A stretch of 44,766 bases of DNA from Desulfobacterales bacterium (GCA_029933295.1 JAOZOL010000001.1:1-44766), one strand, 5' to 3'. Counted from the first letter of the stretch, positions 27,202-35,437 are shown. Notes: generated from the letters alone by a model not told the origin. Made by a program: numbers and translations.

Positions 27202-29211
27202 ATGAGAGAATCCATACCGAAAATAGGGGTTTATGTCTGTCATTGCGGCACAAACATTTCAGGCAAGGTGGACGTGGAGGCGGTATCTGAATATGCTTCC
27301 GGCCTTCCCCATGTAGTGGTTGCAAAAAATTTTAAATTTATGTGTTCCAATCCCGGTCAGGATCTGGTGATTGATGATATCAAGGCAAAGGGGCTAAACA
27401 GAGTAGTTGTGGCCTCATGCTCTCCAAGGATGCATGAAAAAACCTTCCGGAAGGCCTGCCAGACCGCAGGAATAAATCCGTATTATTTTCAAATGGCCTG
27501 TATCCGGGAACATGATTCATGGGTAACCGAAGATCCGGCTGCCGCCACCCAAAAAGCAAAGGATCTGGTCAGAGGTGCGGTGGCACGGGTTGCCCATCAT
27601 CAGAAATTGACTTCACGGGTGGTGGATATTAATCCCAATGTGCTGGTCATTGGAGGCGGAATTGCCGGCATACAGGCGGCATTGGATATAGCCGATGGCG
27701 GAAAGAAGGTCTATCTGGTGGAAAGGGACCCGTCCATTGGCGGGAATATGTCCAAGTTTGACAAGACATTCCCGACCCTGGATTGCGCGGCCTGTATCAG
27801 CACGCCGAAACTGGTGGCCGTGGGCCAGCATGAAAATATTGAAATGATGACCTACAGCGAGGTGGCCGATGTTTCCGGATTTGTGGGAAATTTCACCGTC
27901 AAGGTCCGGAAAAAACCAAGATATGTGGATGCTGAAAAATGTACCGGTTGCGGGGTTTGTACGGAAAAATGTCCCGCAAAGGTTCTTTCGGAATTTGACC
28001 ATGATCTGACTTACAGAAAGGCTATTTACACGCCGTTTCCGCAGTCGGTCCCCAACACCCGCGTCATTGATACGGAACATTGCCTTTTTTTCAAAAAAGG
28101 CAGATGCCGGGCGTGTGAAAAATTTTGTGAAGCCGATGCCATTGATTTTGACCAAAAAGAAGAGATTGTTGAAATCAATGTCGGCTCTATCATTATTGCC
28201 ACCGGGTTTGAAACATTTGATCCCACGCCTTTGACACAGTATGGGTTTGGACGGTATCCTGAAGTTTATTCCAGTATCCAGTTTGAGCGGATCAATAATG
28301 CCACCGGCCCCACTTCCGGCGAAATCGTCACAAAAGACGGAAAAAAGCCCAAAGCAGTCGCCATTATCCATTGCGTGGGGTCCAGGGACGAAAATCATAT
28401 GAAATACTGCTCCAGGGTCTGCTGCATGTATTCCATGAAGTTTGCGCATCTGGTCAGGGAAAAAACCGGGGCTGAAGTCTATGAATTTTACATTGACATT
28501 CGATCTCCCGGAAAAGGATATGAAGAATTTTATAACCGGCTTCAGGAAGAAGGAACACATTTTATCCGTGGCAAGGTCTCCCAGATTACCGATATGGTCG
28601 ATTCTCCAAAAGATGAGGGGAGGCTGACGGTCGTGGCGGAAGATACCCTGGCACGAAAGGTGCGACGAATTCCCGTGGATATGGTGGTCTTGAGTGTGGG
28701 CCTGAAACCATCCTCCGGAATCGAGGATATTGCGCGAATGGTGGGGATTTCCGTTGATACGGATGGATGGATTAATGAGCTGCATCCCAAGCTGGGGCCT
28801 TTGGCAACCCCGTCAGACGGTATTTTTGTTGCCGGCTGCTGCCAGGGTCCAAAGGACATCCCTGACTCCGTAGCCCAGGGCCAGGGTGCGGCAGGTGAGG
28901 CCCTATCGCTTATCAGCCGGGGTAAACTTGAGATTGAAGCGGCAGTTTCAACCATTGACCCGGAAAGATGCATGGGATGCCGCCAGTGCGAAGAAGTCTG
29001 TGTATACGGGGCTATTTCATATCACCCGGCATTAAATGTCTGCGAGGTGAATGAAGCGATCTGCAAGGGCTGCGGTAATTGTACTGCCACATGTCCGAAC
29101 AAGGCCATTGAGCTGAAGCATTTTAATAATGATGAACTCATGGCCGAGGTGGAGGGACTGATGTTTGGACCGGCTGATTTTCATCACAGCCCGGACGAGC
29201 AGGCAGCATGA
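27202..29211 (+). CDS. hdrA: heterodisulfide reductase subunit A
   Basis: 669 aa. N-terminal VYVCHCGTNISG cluster motif, VIGGGIAGIQAALD FAD motif, inserted and C-terminal ferredoxin domains. FPTLDCAACI carries Cys, not an in-frame UGA. Confidence 0.92.
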   Translation: MRESIPKIGVYVCHCGTNISGKVDVEAVSEYASGLPHVVVAKNFKFMCSNPGQDLVIDDIKAKGLNRVVVASCSPRMHEKTFRKACQTAGINPYYFQMACIREHDSWVTEDPAAATQKAKDLVRGAVARVAHHQKLTSRVVDINPNVLVIGGGIAGIQAALDIADGGKKVYLVERDPSIGGNMSKFDKTFPTLDCAACISTPKLVAVGQHENIEMMTYSEVADVSGFVGNFTVKVRKKPRYVDAEKCTGCGVCTEKCPAKVLSEFDHDLTYRKAIYTPFPQSVPNTRVIDTEHCLFFKKGRCRACEKFCEADAIDFDQKEEIVEINVGSIIIATGFETFDPTPLTQYGFGRYPEVYSSIQFERINNATGPTSGEIVTKDGKKPKAVAIIHCVGSRDENHMKYCSRVCCMYSMKFAHLVREKTGAEVYEFYIDIRSPGKGYEEFYNRLQEEGTHFIRGKVSQITDMVDSPKDEGRLTVVAEDTLARKVRRIPVDMVVLSVGLKPSSGIEDIARMVGISVDTDGWINELHPKLGPLATPSDGIFVAGCCQGPKDIPDSVAQGQGAAGEALSLISRGKLEIEAAVSTIDPERCMGCRQCEEVCVYGAISYHPALNVCEVNEAICKGCGNCTATCPNKAIELKHFNNDELMAEVEGLMFGPADFHHSPDEQAA

Positions 29212-29436
29212 ATGGATTATTCAACCTGAAAGTATAAATTTTAATTTTTTAAGTGGTTGCTATTTGTAAAAAGGTGATTAATATTAGCTGAATTATCGTC
29301 TGCATGGATATTTCATGCAGCCATATGGGCAACTCATGGCGGGTTGTTATTTTAATATTTTAAAGCTGTTACGAAATGTGTGATTGCACGGTGATTGGTT
29401 TGAATCTCATGCAGTAATCACCTGGAGGTCAAAAAA

Positions 29437-29886
29437 GTGAAATATTTTCCGGCAAAAACAAAAATTTGTTTTATTTTGGCTTTTCTTTTTTTCGCCGGCA
29501 TAGGGATTTTGTCCCTGATGGGCGCATGTCCTATAGACAAGATCGAATGCAGTAAAAAAAGAGAACCGGTGGGCTTTCCCCATGAGATGCATATGGAATC
29601 TTATGATTGTGAGGTTTGCCATCATGTATATGATGAGAATAAAAATAATGTCATAGATACCACGGAACTTTACGAAGACAATCCGGACATTATGTGTTCG
29701 TCCTGTCATGCGTCAGATAATACAATTAATACTCAGGAAGCATTTCACCGGAAATGTTTGGGATGTCACAACGAGGAAGCAACAATGGGCCAGGCTGCGA
29801 TTCCGACCATGTGCAATGACTGCCATCGTCCGGAATCCGAAGTTTTAAATGAATATGATATGATTATTAGAGGGCAAAATGATTAA
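29437..29886 (+). CDS. tetraheme cytochrome c3-family protein with an N-terminal signal/anchor
   Basis: GTG start with GGAGG 8 nt upstream. Hydrophobic N-terminus. FPHEMHM followed by four CxxCH sites (CEVCH, CSSCH, CLGCH, CNDCH). Confidence 0.8.
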   Translation: MKYFPAKTKICFILAFLFFAGIGILSLMGACPIDKIECSKKREPVGFPHEMHMESYDCEVCHHVYDENKNNVIDTTELYEDNPDIMCSSCHASDNTINTQEAFHRKCLGCHNEEATMGQAAIPTMCNDCHRPESEVLNEYDMIIRGQND

Positions 29887-30553
29887 AGCAAAGTCAAAAC
29901 CGATTGAAGAAATTGTAGATTATATTACGCCATATCGAGATGTCTTGATCGTTGGCTGCGGGGGGTGCGTGTCCGTCTGTCTTGCCGGTGGTCAAAAAGA
30001 AGTGAATATATTGCAAACCGAGCTGGAACTATTAAGGGATAAAACAAAAACAGATGGTCAGTTTTCCGGGTTTACGGTTGAGCGACAATGCAATGAACAA
30101 TACCTGGGCGTTCTAGATGATATGGTGGAAACAGCGGACTGCGTTCTCTCCATGGCCTGCGGTGCCGGTGTACAGCTTCTTGCTGAAAGATATCCCAACA
30201 AACCGGTTTTTCCGGCGGTCAACACCATTGCCATTGGTGTTGATTTGGATGTCGGTCTGTATGAAGAACGGTGCCGCGCATGCGGTGAATGTGTGTTGGC
30301 ATATACGGCAGGCATCTGTCCTGTTACTCGATGTGCCAAGGGTCTGTTTAATGGACCTTGCGGCGGGACCAATGGGGATAAATGTGAAATCAGCCCGGAT
30401 ATTAACTGTGCCTGGCATGAAATATATACCCGCCTCAAAGCCCAGGACCGGCTGGAAGATATTTTAAAAATCCACCCGCCCATGCAATGGCAAAATCAAA
30501 TCAAGCGAACCATCGTCCAAAAAGGATATGAACAGAGATATCATCAGGAATAA
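29879..30553 (+). CDS. MetV-like protein (methylene-THF reductase C-terminal domain family, MTHFR_C)
   Basis: 224 aa. VGCGGCVSVC, CRACGEC, CPVTRCAKGLFNGPCGGTNGDKCE…CAWHEIY. The ATG overlaps the cytochrome stop. Confidence 0.75.
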   Translation: MIKAKSKPIEEIVDYITPYRDVLIVGCGGCVSVCLAGGQKEVNILQTELELLRDKTKTDGQFSGFTVERQCNEQYLGVLDDMVETADCVLSMACGAGVQLLAERYPNKPVFPAVNTIAIGVDLDVGLYEERCRACGECVLAYTAGICPVTRCAKGLFNGPCGGTNGDKCEISPDINCAWHEIYTRLKAQDRLEDILKIHPPMQWQNQIKRTIVQKGYEQRYHQE

Positions 30554-30555
30554 AT

Positions 30556-31272
30556 ATGAATATGACAACTTTTTCGACAATTTTTTCCAATCCGGTTTTT
30601 TTAAATTTCATCAAAGGCCCCATGGTTTGGCTCTCTTTTATTATATTCGGCCTGGGTCTGATTGTTCAAACCTTCAGGTTGCTTAAATTAACTCAAATAA
30701 AAGAAGCTCGGAGGGTTGCACCGGAGGAGGATTTGTCCCCGCAAACCGATTTATCCGGGTGGGAACGTTTTACGAGATATCTCGCGTTTCGGAGAGTTTC
30801 CGTTCTGGGGTCCAACGCCTGCCTGGTACTGATCAGCGTTATTTTTCATGTGTGTCTGGTGGTGACCCCCATATTTGTTATGGGTCATAATGTTATGCTG
30901 GACACATCGTTTGGAATCAATTTGATATCTTTCCCCGAACAGATATCGGATATTCTGACAAAGTTTGTGATAGCCGGCGGCCTGATATTTTTAATGCGAA
31001 GGCTTTTTCTGCGGCGTGTACGGATGATTTCAACGGTAAATGATTTTATATTACTCTTTGTTGCTGTTGCGCCGTTTTTGACCGGTTTTCTGGCATATCA
31101 TCATATTTTTAACTATCAGGTAATGATTGTATTGCATATCCTTTGCGGTGAGTTGATGCTGATCCTGATACCGTTTTCAAAATTTTTTCATATGGTTTTT
31201 TTCTTTATCAGCCGGTTTATGATTGTCAGTGAACATAGTATGGGCACACCAAAACGGTCATGGCAATTTTGA
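30556..31272 (+). CDS. NarI/DsrM/TmcC-like dihaem cytochrome b membrane subunit
   Basis: 238 aa with about 5 TM helices. His pairs H-x12-H (FHVCL…MGH) and H-x17-H (LHIL…FFH) sit in predicted TM2 and TM5. Only 2 nt after the MetV-like stop. Confidence 0.6.
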   Translation: MNMTTFSTIFSNPVFLNFIKGPMVWLSFIIFGLGLIVQTFRLLKLTQIKEARRVAPEEDLSPQTDLSGWERFTRYLAFRRVSVLGSNACLVLISVIFHVCLVVTPIFVMGHNVMLDTSFGINLISFPEQISDILTKFVIAGGLIFLMRRLFLRRVRMISTVNDFILLFVAVAPFLTGFLAYHHIFNYQVMIVLHILCGELMLILIPFSKFFHMVFFFISRFMIVSEHSMGTPKRSWQF

Positions 31273-31299
31273 ATCAGAAATAATATTGTGGAGCGGTAA

Positions 31300-31680
31300 A
31301 TGGGAACAACAACAGAAATCAATACAGACACAATCCAATCAATTTTAAAACAAAACAAAAAACAAATAAAACTCGGTCTGGCCATGTGCGCCCATTGCAG
31401 CCTGTGCGCGGAAAGCTGTTTTTTATTTGTGTCACATGACAATGATCCGGAGTATATGCCGTCCTATAAATTTATCAATTCCATCGGTAAATTATATAAA
31501 AAAAAGGGGAAAGTCAGCAGACAGGTACTTGAAGATATGCGGGATCTTGTTTTTGAAAAATGTGCGCTTTGTACCCGCTGTTACTGCCCCTTCGGCATTG
31601 ATATTCCGGCATTGATCACTCTTGGCCGGAACGTGTGTCGATCTCAGGGCCTGTTTCGGGAATATGACAGGGAATGGTGA
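31300..31680 (+). CDS. 2x[4Fe-4S] ferredoxin-domain protein resembling the N-terminus of HdrD/DsrK/TmcB, without a CCG domain
   Basis: 126 aa. CAHCSLCAESC … CALCTRCYCPFGIDIP separated by a helical insert. Terminates at TGA TAA. Confidence 0.65.
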   Translation: MGTTTEINTDTIQSILKQNKKQIKLGLAMCAHCSLCAESCFLFVSHDNDPEYMPSYKFINSIGKLYKKKGKVSRQVLEDMRDLVFEKCALCTRCYCPFGIDIPALITLGRNVCRSQGLFREYDREW

Positions 31681-31710
31681 TAAAACGTTAACATCTCTGG
31701 GGTATATCAA

Positions 31711-32070
31711 ATGAAATGTGAGAGATGTAAAGAGAATATTAAAACAGGAGAGGAAAGGGAATTTCAAGGACAGACGTTGTGTGAGGATTGTTACCTTGAT
31801 GCCCTTTCTCCTGTGAAAGCGTGCGATCCATGGGCAGTACACTGTGCTAAATCTTTTTCAAAAAAAGATGGTGCTGATATTGAAATGACTGAAACCCAGT
31901 CAAATATATTACAAATTTTAAAAAATACCGACGGCCTAACTCCGGAAATCATATCAGAGAAGCTTCAAATAAAACCCTCTGACCTTGAAAGAGAAATTGC
32001 AACGCTCCGGCATATGGAGAAGGTCCGGGGTGAACTGCGGGATGGAAAGAAAATAATTCGTTTATGGTGA
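31711..32070 (+). CDS. zinc-ribbon plus FeoC-like winged-helix small protein (putative regulator)
   Basis: 119 aa. CERC…CEDC zinc ribbon and a C-terminal wHTH-like segment (ILQILKNTDGLTPEIISEKLQIKPSDLEREIATL). No firm family assignment. Confidence 0.4.
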   Translation: MKCERCKENIKTGEEREFQGQTLCEDCYLDALSPVKACDPWAVHCAKSFSKKDGADIEMTETQSNILQILKNTDGLTPEIISEKLQIKPSDLEREIATLRHMEKVRGELRDGKKIIRLW

Positions 32071-32151
32071 CTTGTTTAAAACGGTAGTGACTTTCACGGT
32101 AGCATATTTTTTTAACATATAATATTTTAAGCATATGCTCTTTCTATCAGA

Positions 32152-32178
32152 TTGACAACAAACCAAAGCTGTTATAAT
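32152..32178 (+). promoter_or_regulatory. sigma-70-type promoter candidate
   Basis: Perfect TTGACA and TATAAT hexamers, but only a 15-bp spacer. Lies 45 nt upstream of the 32223 ATG, which has an AGGAGG SD. Confidence 0.4.
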
Positions 32179-32222
32179 TTTTTTAATATTATGTCTCAGC
32201 CAAAAAACCATAGGAGGTCTAA

Positions 32223-33665
32223 ATGAAAGAATTTTCAACTGATATACTTATCGTGGGCGGCGGGCCCGGGGGAATTTTTACATCAACGGCACTGATGGCA
32301 AACAAAATAACTGATTTTAAGGTGGTATGTGATGAACCGGAAGTGGTCTGTCGTTGCAACATTCCCTATGGGATCGGTAAAAAATTTTTAAACGACATTA
32401 ACGATGCGGTAACCTCCCATAAAACATTTCTGCCCAACTTCGAAGACGTAGGGATCGTGGGCAGGATTAACCGGATTGACCATCAGAACAAGACAGCCCA
32501 TGGCACATTTCTAAAATTAGATGGTGAGTTTAAGGTTGCATACAGCAAACTCATCCTTGCCATGGGCGGCCAGGCGTCGCTTCCGCCCATCAAGGGTGCC
32601 ATTGACACGGATTATGACGGTTCCAATCCCGTGGGAGAGGTTGTATATTATAAGGGGAAAAGCTATGATAAGGCTGCGTTAAGAGATAACGTGGTCGTGG
32701 TTCGAAGTGTGACCGACGCCCGGCGTATTGATGCCATATGCGGCACCGGATTGACCGTCGCGGTGATCGGCACCGGCCTGGTGGGGATCGAAATTATTGA
32801 TAACCTGATCATCCGGGGCAACAAAGTCGAAGTGGTTGAGATATTACCCCATCTTGTGAGCTTTCTGGATGCGGACATGTCCATTTACCTGGAAGAAGCC
32901 CTAAAAAATGAAGGCGCAAATATTCATCTTGGGCAACCGTGTACCGAGGTGGGAGATGGGTATATCATCGTGGGGGACAAGAAAATTGAGGCCGACCTTG
33001 TGGTCATTGGTGCGGGTGTTGCTTCTGATATTCAGATGGCAAAACAGGTGGGGTGCGAGATTGGAAAGACCGGCGGTGTCCGGGTGAATGAACGCTGCCT
33101 CACCAGTGTACCGGATGTTTATGCCATTGGCGATCTTATAGAAATAGATGACGCCATATTTTCAGACCCGGTCCAGTTGCAGCTGCTTCCCAACGTCATG
33201 ATGCAGGGGGCGCTTATCGCCAAGCATTTTAAGGGAATTGATCTGGAAGGTCCTCTGGCTGTTGGGGCCGGTATGTCCCATGCTGCGGATTTATTCTGGG
33301 GGTTTGCCGGATACAGCGAAGGCATGGTTGAATCCCGGAATTTAAAAGTTCTGGCGGAAAAAATTGAGCTTTTTACCGCAGAACATGCATCTCCCTATGC
33401 TAAGAAGGCCTGGTACAAAATGGTGGTTTCAGCAGAAGATCAGGGTACGGTTAAGAAAGGGCAGATTATTGGTTTTCAGGCGATCACACAGGAAAAGCAT
33501 TTGGGCGACCTCATGGTCCGCTGGGCGGATATCATCGGTGAAAAAGAGACAATATGGGATCTGCCAAAGCACAATTGGATTCATCAGCCCCTGGTGGGCA
33601 ACCCAGGCAGCAATGCCTATATCCTGACGTTTTTTACCAAGTTTACGGCAAAGCTTGAAAAATAA
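32223..33665 (+). CDS. FAD-dependent pyridine nucleotide-disulfide oxidoreductase (CoADR/Nox-related)
   Basis: 480 aa. GGGPGG FAD motif, a second dinucleotide motif VIGTGLVGIE, AIGD, and a candidate redox Cys in VVCRCNIPYG. Confidence 0.8.
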   Translation: MKEFSTDILIVGGGPGGIFTSTALMANKITDFKVVCDEPEVVCRCNIPYGIGKKFLNDINDAVTSHKTFLPNFEDVGIVGRINRIDHQNKTAHGTFLKLDGEFKVAYSKLILAMGGQASLPPIKGAIDTDYDGSNPVGEVVYYKGKSYDKAALRDNVVVVRSVTDARRIDAICGTGLTVAVIGTGLVGIEIIDNLIIRGNKVEVVEILPHLVSFLDADMSIYLEEALKNEGANIHLGQPCTEVGDGYIIVGDKKIEADLVVIGAGVASDIQMAKQVGCEIGKTGGVRVNERCLTSVPDVYAIGDLIEIDDAIFSDPVQLQLLPNVMMQGALIAKHFKGIDLEGPLAVGAGMSHAADLFWGFAGYSEGMVESRNLKVLAEKIELFTAEHASPYAKKAWYKMVVSAEDQGTVKKGQIIGFQAITQEKHLGDLMVRWADIIGEKETIWDLPKHNWIHQPLVGNPGSNAYILTFFTKFTAKLEK

Positions 33666-33667
33666 AA

Positions 33668-33820
33668 ATGAAAAACAGACCCGCAACCAAAAAAAATGAT
33701 GTGATTTCTGCATCAGATACGAATTCTCCTCAGCCGCAGTCTATAAAGTCCGGCGTGTTAAAAAGATTTTTGGACTGGATTGCCAACGGCGCGGAGAAAA
33801 CAAAAACATGCCCAACCTGA
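33668..33820 (+). CDS. unannotated 50-codon ORF ending …KTCPT-UGA (speculative)
   Basis: The ATG lies 2 nt after the upstream stop. Product MKNRPATKK…GVLKRFLDWIANGAEKTKTCPT*. Too short for the ORF track. No family recognised. Confidence 0.2.
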   Translation: MKNRPATKKNDVISASDTNSPQPQSIKSGVLKRFLDWIANGAEKTKTCPT

Positions 33821-33838
33821 CAGATAAAGTATTAACCC

Positions 33839-33868
33839 CCTGCCTGGCAGGCAGGTACGGTCTTTTTT
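33839..33868 (+). terminator. rho-independent terminator candidate
   Basis: CCTGCCT-GGC-AGGCAGG hairpin followed 6 nt later by TTTTTT. Confidence 0.5.
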
Positions 33869-33954
33869 ATTAATCAGGCGTCTGCACAAGATGCCGGCGT
33901 TTTTAGTTTTTTATACGTCGCGTGCTTGTGTATTCAGGTTGTGACATTTTAGAA

Positions 33955-34010
33955 GCCGGAATTCAGAATGATGATACCCCATTATTCTGGCTTTCGGCTT
34001 CCGTTTTTTT
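33955..34010 (+). terminator. long hairpin plus T-run about 55 nt upstream of the next CDS (terminator or leader attenuator)
   Basis: GCCGGAATTCAGAATGATG-ATACCC-CATTATTCTGGCTTTCGGC forms about 17 pairs including G-U. It is followed by TTCCGTTTTTTT. Confidence 0.45.
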
Positions 34011-34062
34011 ATGCGGTTTTTTGTTTTAAAACCTTTTAATTGCAAACCAGGGAGAATCAGCG

Positions 34063-35403
34063 ATGAATTTTTTGATCATCGGAGCAGATGCGGCTGGAAT
34101 GAGTGCCGCCAGCAGGGCCAAAAGAAGCATGCCGGAGATGGCGGTCACGGTTTTGGAGATGACCCATGATGTTTCCTATAGTGCCTGCGGTATGCCGTAT
34201 AATATTGCGGCCCCGGAAAAAGCCATTGAAGACCTGGTGGTCCGGGAAGCGGATGTTTTCAGAAAAAAACAGGGCATTAATCTTTTGACCGGGCATCGGG
34301 TGGATGCCATTTTTCCCAAAGAAAAGACGGTTTCCGGGACAACACATAAAGGTGAAAAATTTGAATTTTCCTATGATAAGCTGTTGATTGCCACCGGCGG
34401 CTCACCCATTGTCCCGGATCTTCCCGGATTTGATCTCCCCGGGGTTCTGGGCCTGAAAAGTCTGGATCACGGCCGTAAAATCAAGGCCTTTATTGATGAA
34501 CACAATGTAAAAAAAGCAGTGATTATCGGTATGGGATATATCGGTCTTGAAATGTGTGAAGCCCTGCGCAGCCGTTCAATAGAAGTTGCCATGGTAAAAC
34601 CGAACCCTCGGTTTCTTCCCTGGATGACGCAGGAATTGTCTGAAAAAGTTCAAAAAGAAGTGAAAGCCAATGGGGGCAAGCTTCATCTGGGACATGCCGT
34701 CCAAAAAATTAAACCGGCAAACACCGGTTTGTCCGTTGTCTGTGAAGACCTTAGCCTTGATGCGGACATGGTGATCGTTGCCATCGGCATCACCCCCAAC
34801 AGTGAATGCGCCGTAAACGCCGGGCTTGAAATCAGCATCAGAAACAGCATCAGCGTTGATCGCGGACTCAAAACATCCGATGAAAGTATCTATGCTGCCG
34901 GGGACTGCGCAGACGCTTATCATGTGGTGACCGGTGAAAAAACATTTATACCGCTTGCTTTGCGTGCCAATCGGGCCGGGTGGGCGGTGGCGGATAATAT
35001 CTGCGGCAAACCAACCGAACTTGAAGGGGTGGTCGGCACATCCGTGTTCAAGGTGTTTAATCTTCAAATTGCACGCACCGGCCTTACATCAAAAGAATCG
35101 CTAAAGTATGGTTTTGATCCGGCAGAAGTCGTGATAAAAACCCGGTCCCGTGCCCATGCGCATCCGGGTTCAACCCCCATTCAGGTACACCTGATCGGTG
35201 ACAAAAAATCAGGCCGGTTGCTGGGCGCCCAGATGGTTGGTAAAGAAGGGGTTGCCCACCGGATTAATGCAGTGGCGGTTGCCCTGCATAACCGGATGAC
35301 GGTTGAACGGTTCAGCCAAACCGACCTTGCTTATGCCCCGCCGTTCAGCCCGGTATGGGATCCCCTGCTCACTGCGGCCAATCAGCTTTTGAAGCGGATG
35401 TAG
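34063..35403 (+). CDS. CoA-disulfide reductase / NADH oxidase family flavoprotein
   Basis: 446 aa. IIGADAAGMSAASRA, active-site SYSACGMPYNI, second GxGxxG motif IIGMGYIGLE, AAGDCA. Confidence 0.85.
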   Translation: MNFLIIGADAAGMSAASRAKRSMPEMAVTVLEMTHDVSYSACGMPYNIAAPEKAIEDLVVREADVFRKKQGINLLTGHRVDAIFPKEKTVSGTTHKGEKFEFSYDKLLIATGGSPIVPDLPGFDLPGVLGLKSLDHGRKIKAFIDEHNVKKAVIIGMGYIGLEMCEALRSRSIEVAMVKPNPRFLPWMTQELSEKVQKEVKANGGKLHLGHAVQKIKPANTGLSVVCEDLSLDADMVIVAIGITPNSECAVNAGLEISIRNSISVDRGLKTSDESIYAAGDCADAYHVVTGEKTFIPLALRANRAGWAVADNICGKPTELEGVVGTSVFKVFNLQIARTGLTSKESLKYGFDPAEVVIKTRSRAHAHPGSTPIQVHLIGDKKSGRLLGAQMVGKEGVAHRINAVAVALHNRMTVERFSQTDLAYAPPFSPVWDPLLTAANQLLKRM

Positions 35404-35437
35404 GGGGAAGGTATAAGGTGAAAGGTAGGGGCTAAAA

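Noticed and set aside
27760-27810. In-frame selenocysteine codons in HdrA, HdrL or MvhD, as seen in some Desulfobacterales
   Set aside because: All Hdr/Mvh ORFs are uninterrupted and of full length. The position that is Sec in selenoprotein HdrA reads Cys here (FPTLDCAACI).
27613-28785. 390-aa ORF antisense to hdrA, plus similar antisense ORFs at 20427-21155, 8752-9288, 12079-12483, 36742-37233 and 2252-2665
   Set aside because: Each lies entirely inside a strongly supported gene on the opposite strand. The products are low-complexity with no recognisable motifs and no SD. These are typical shadow ORFs.
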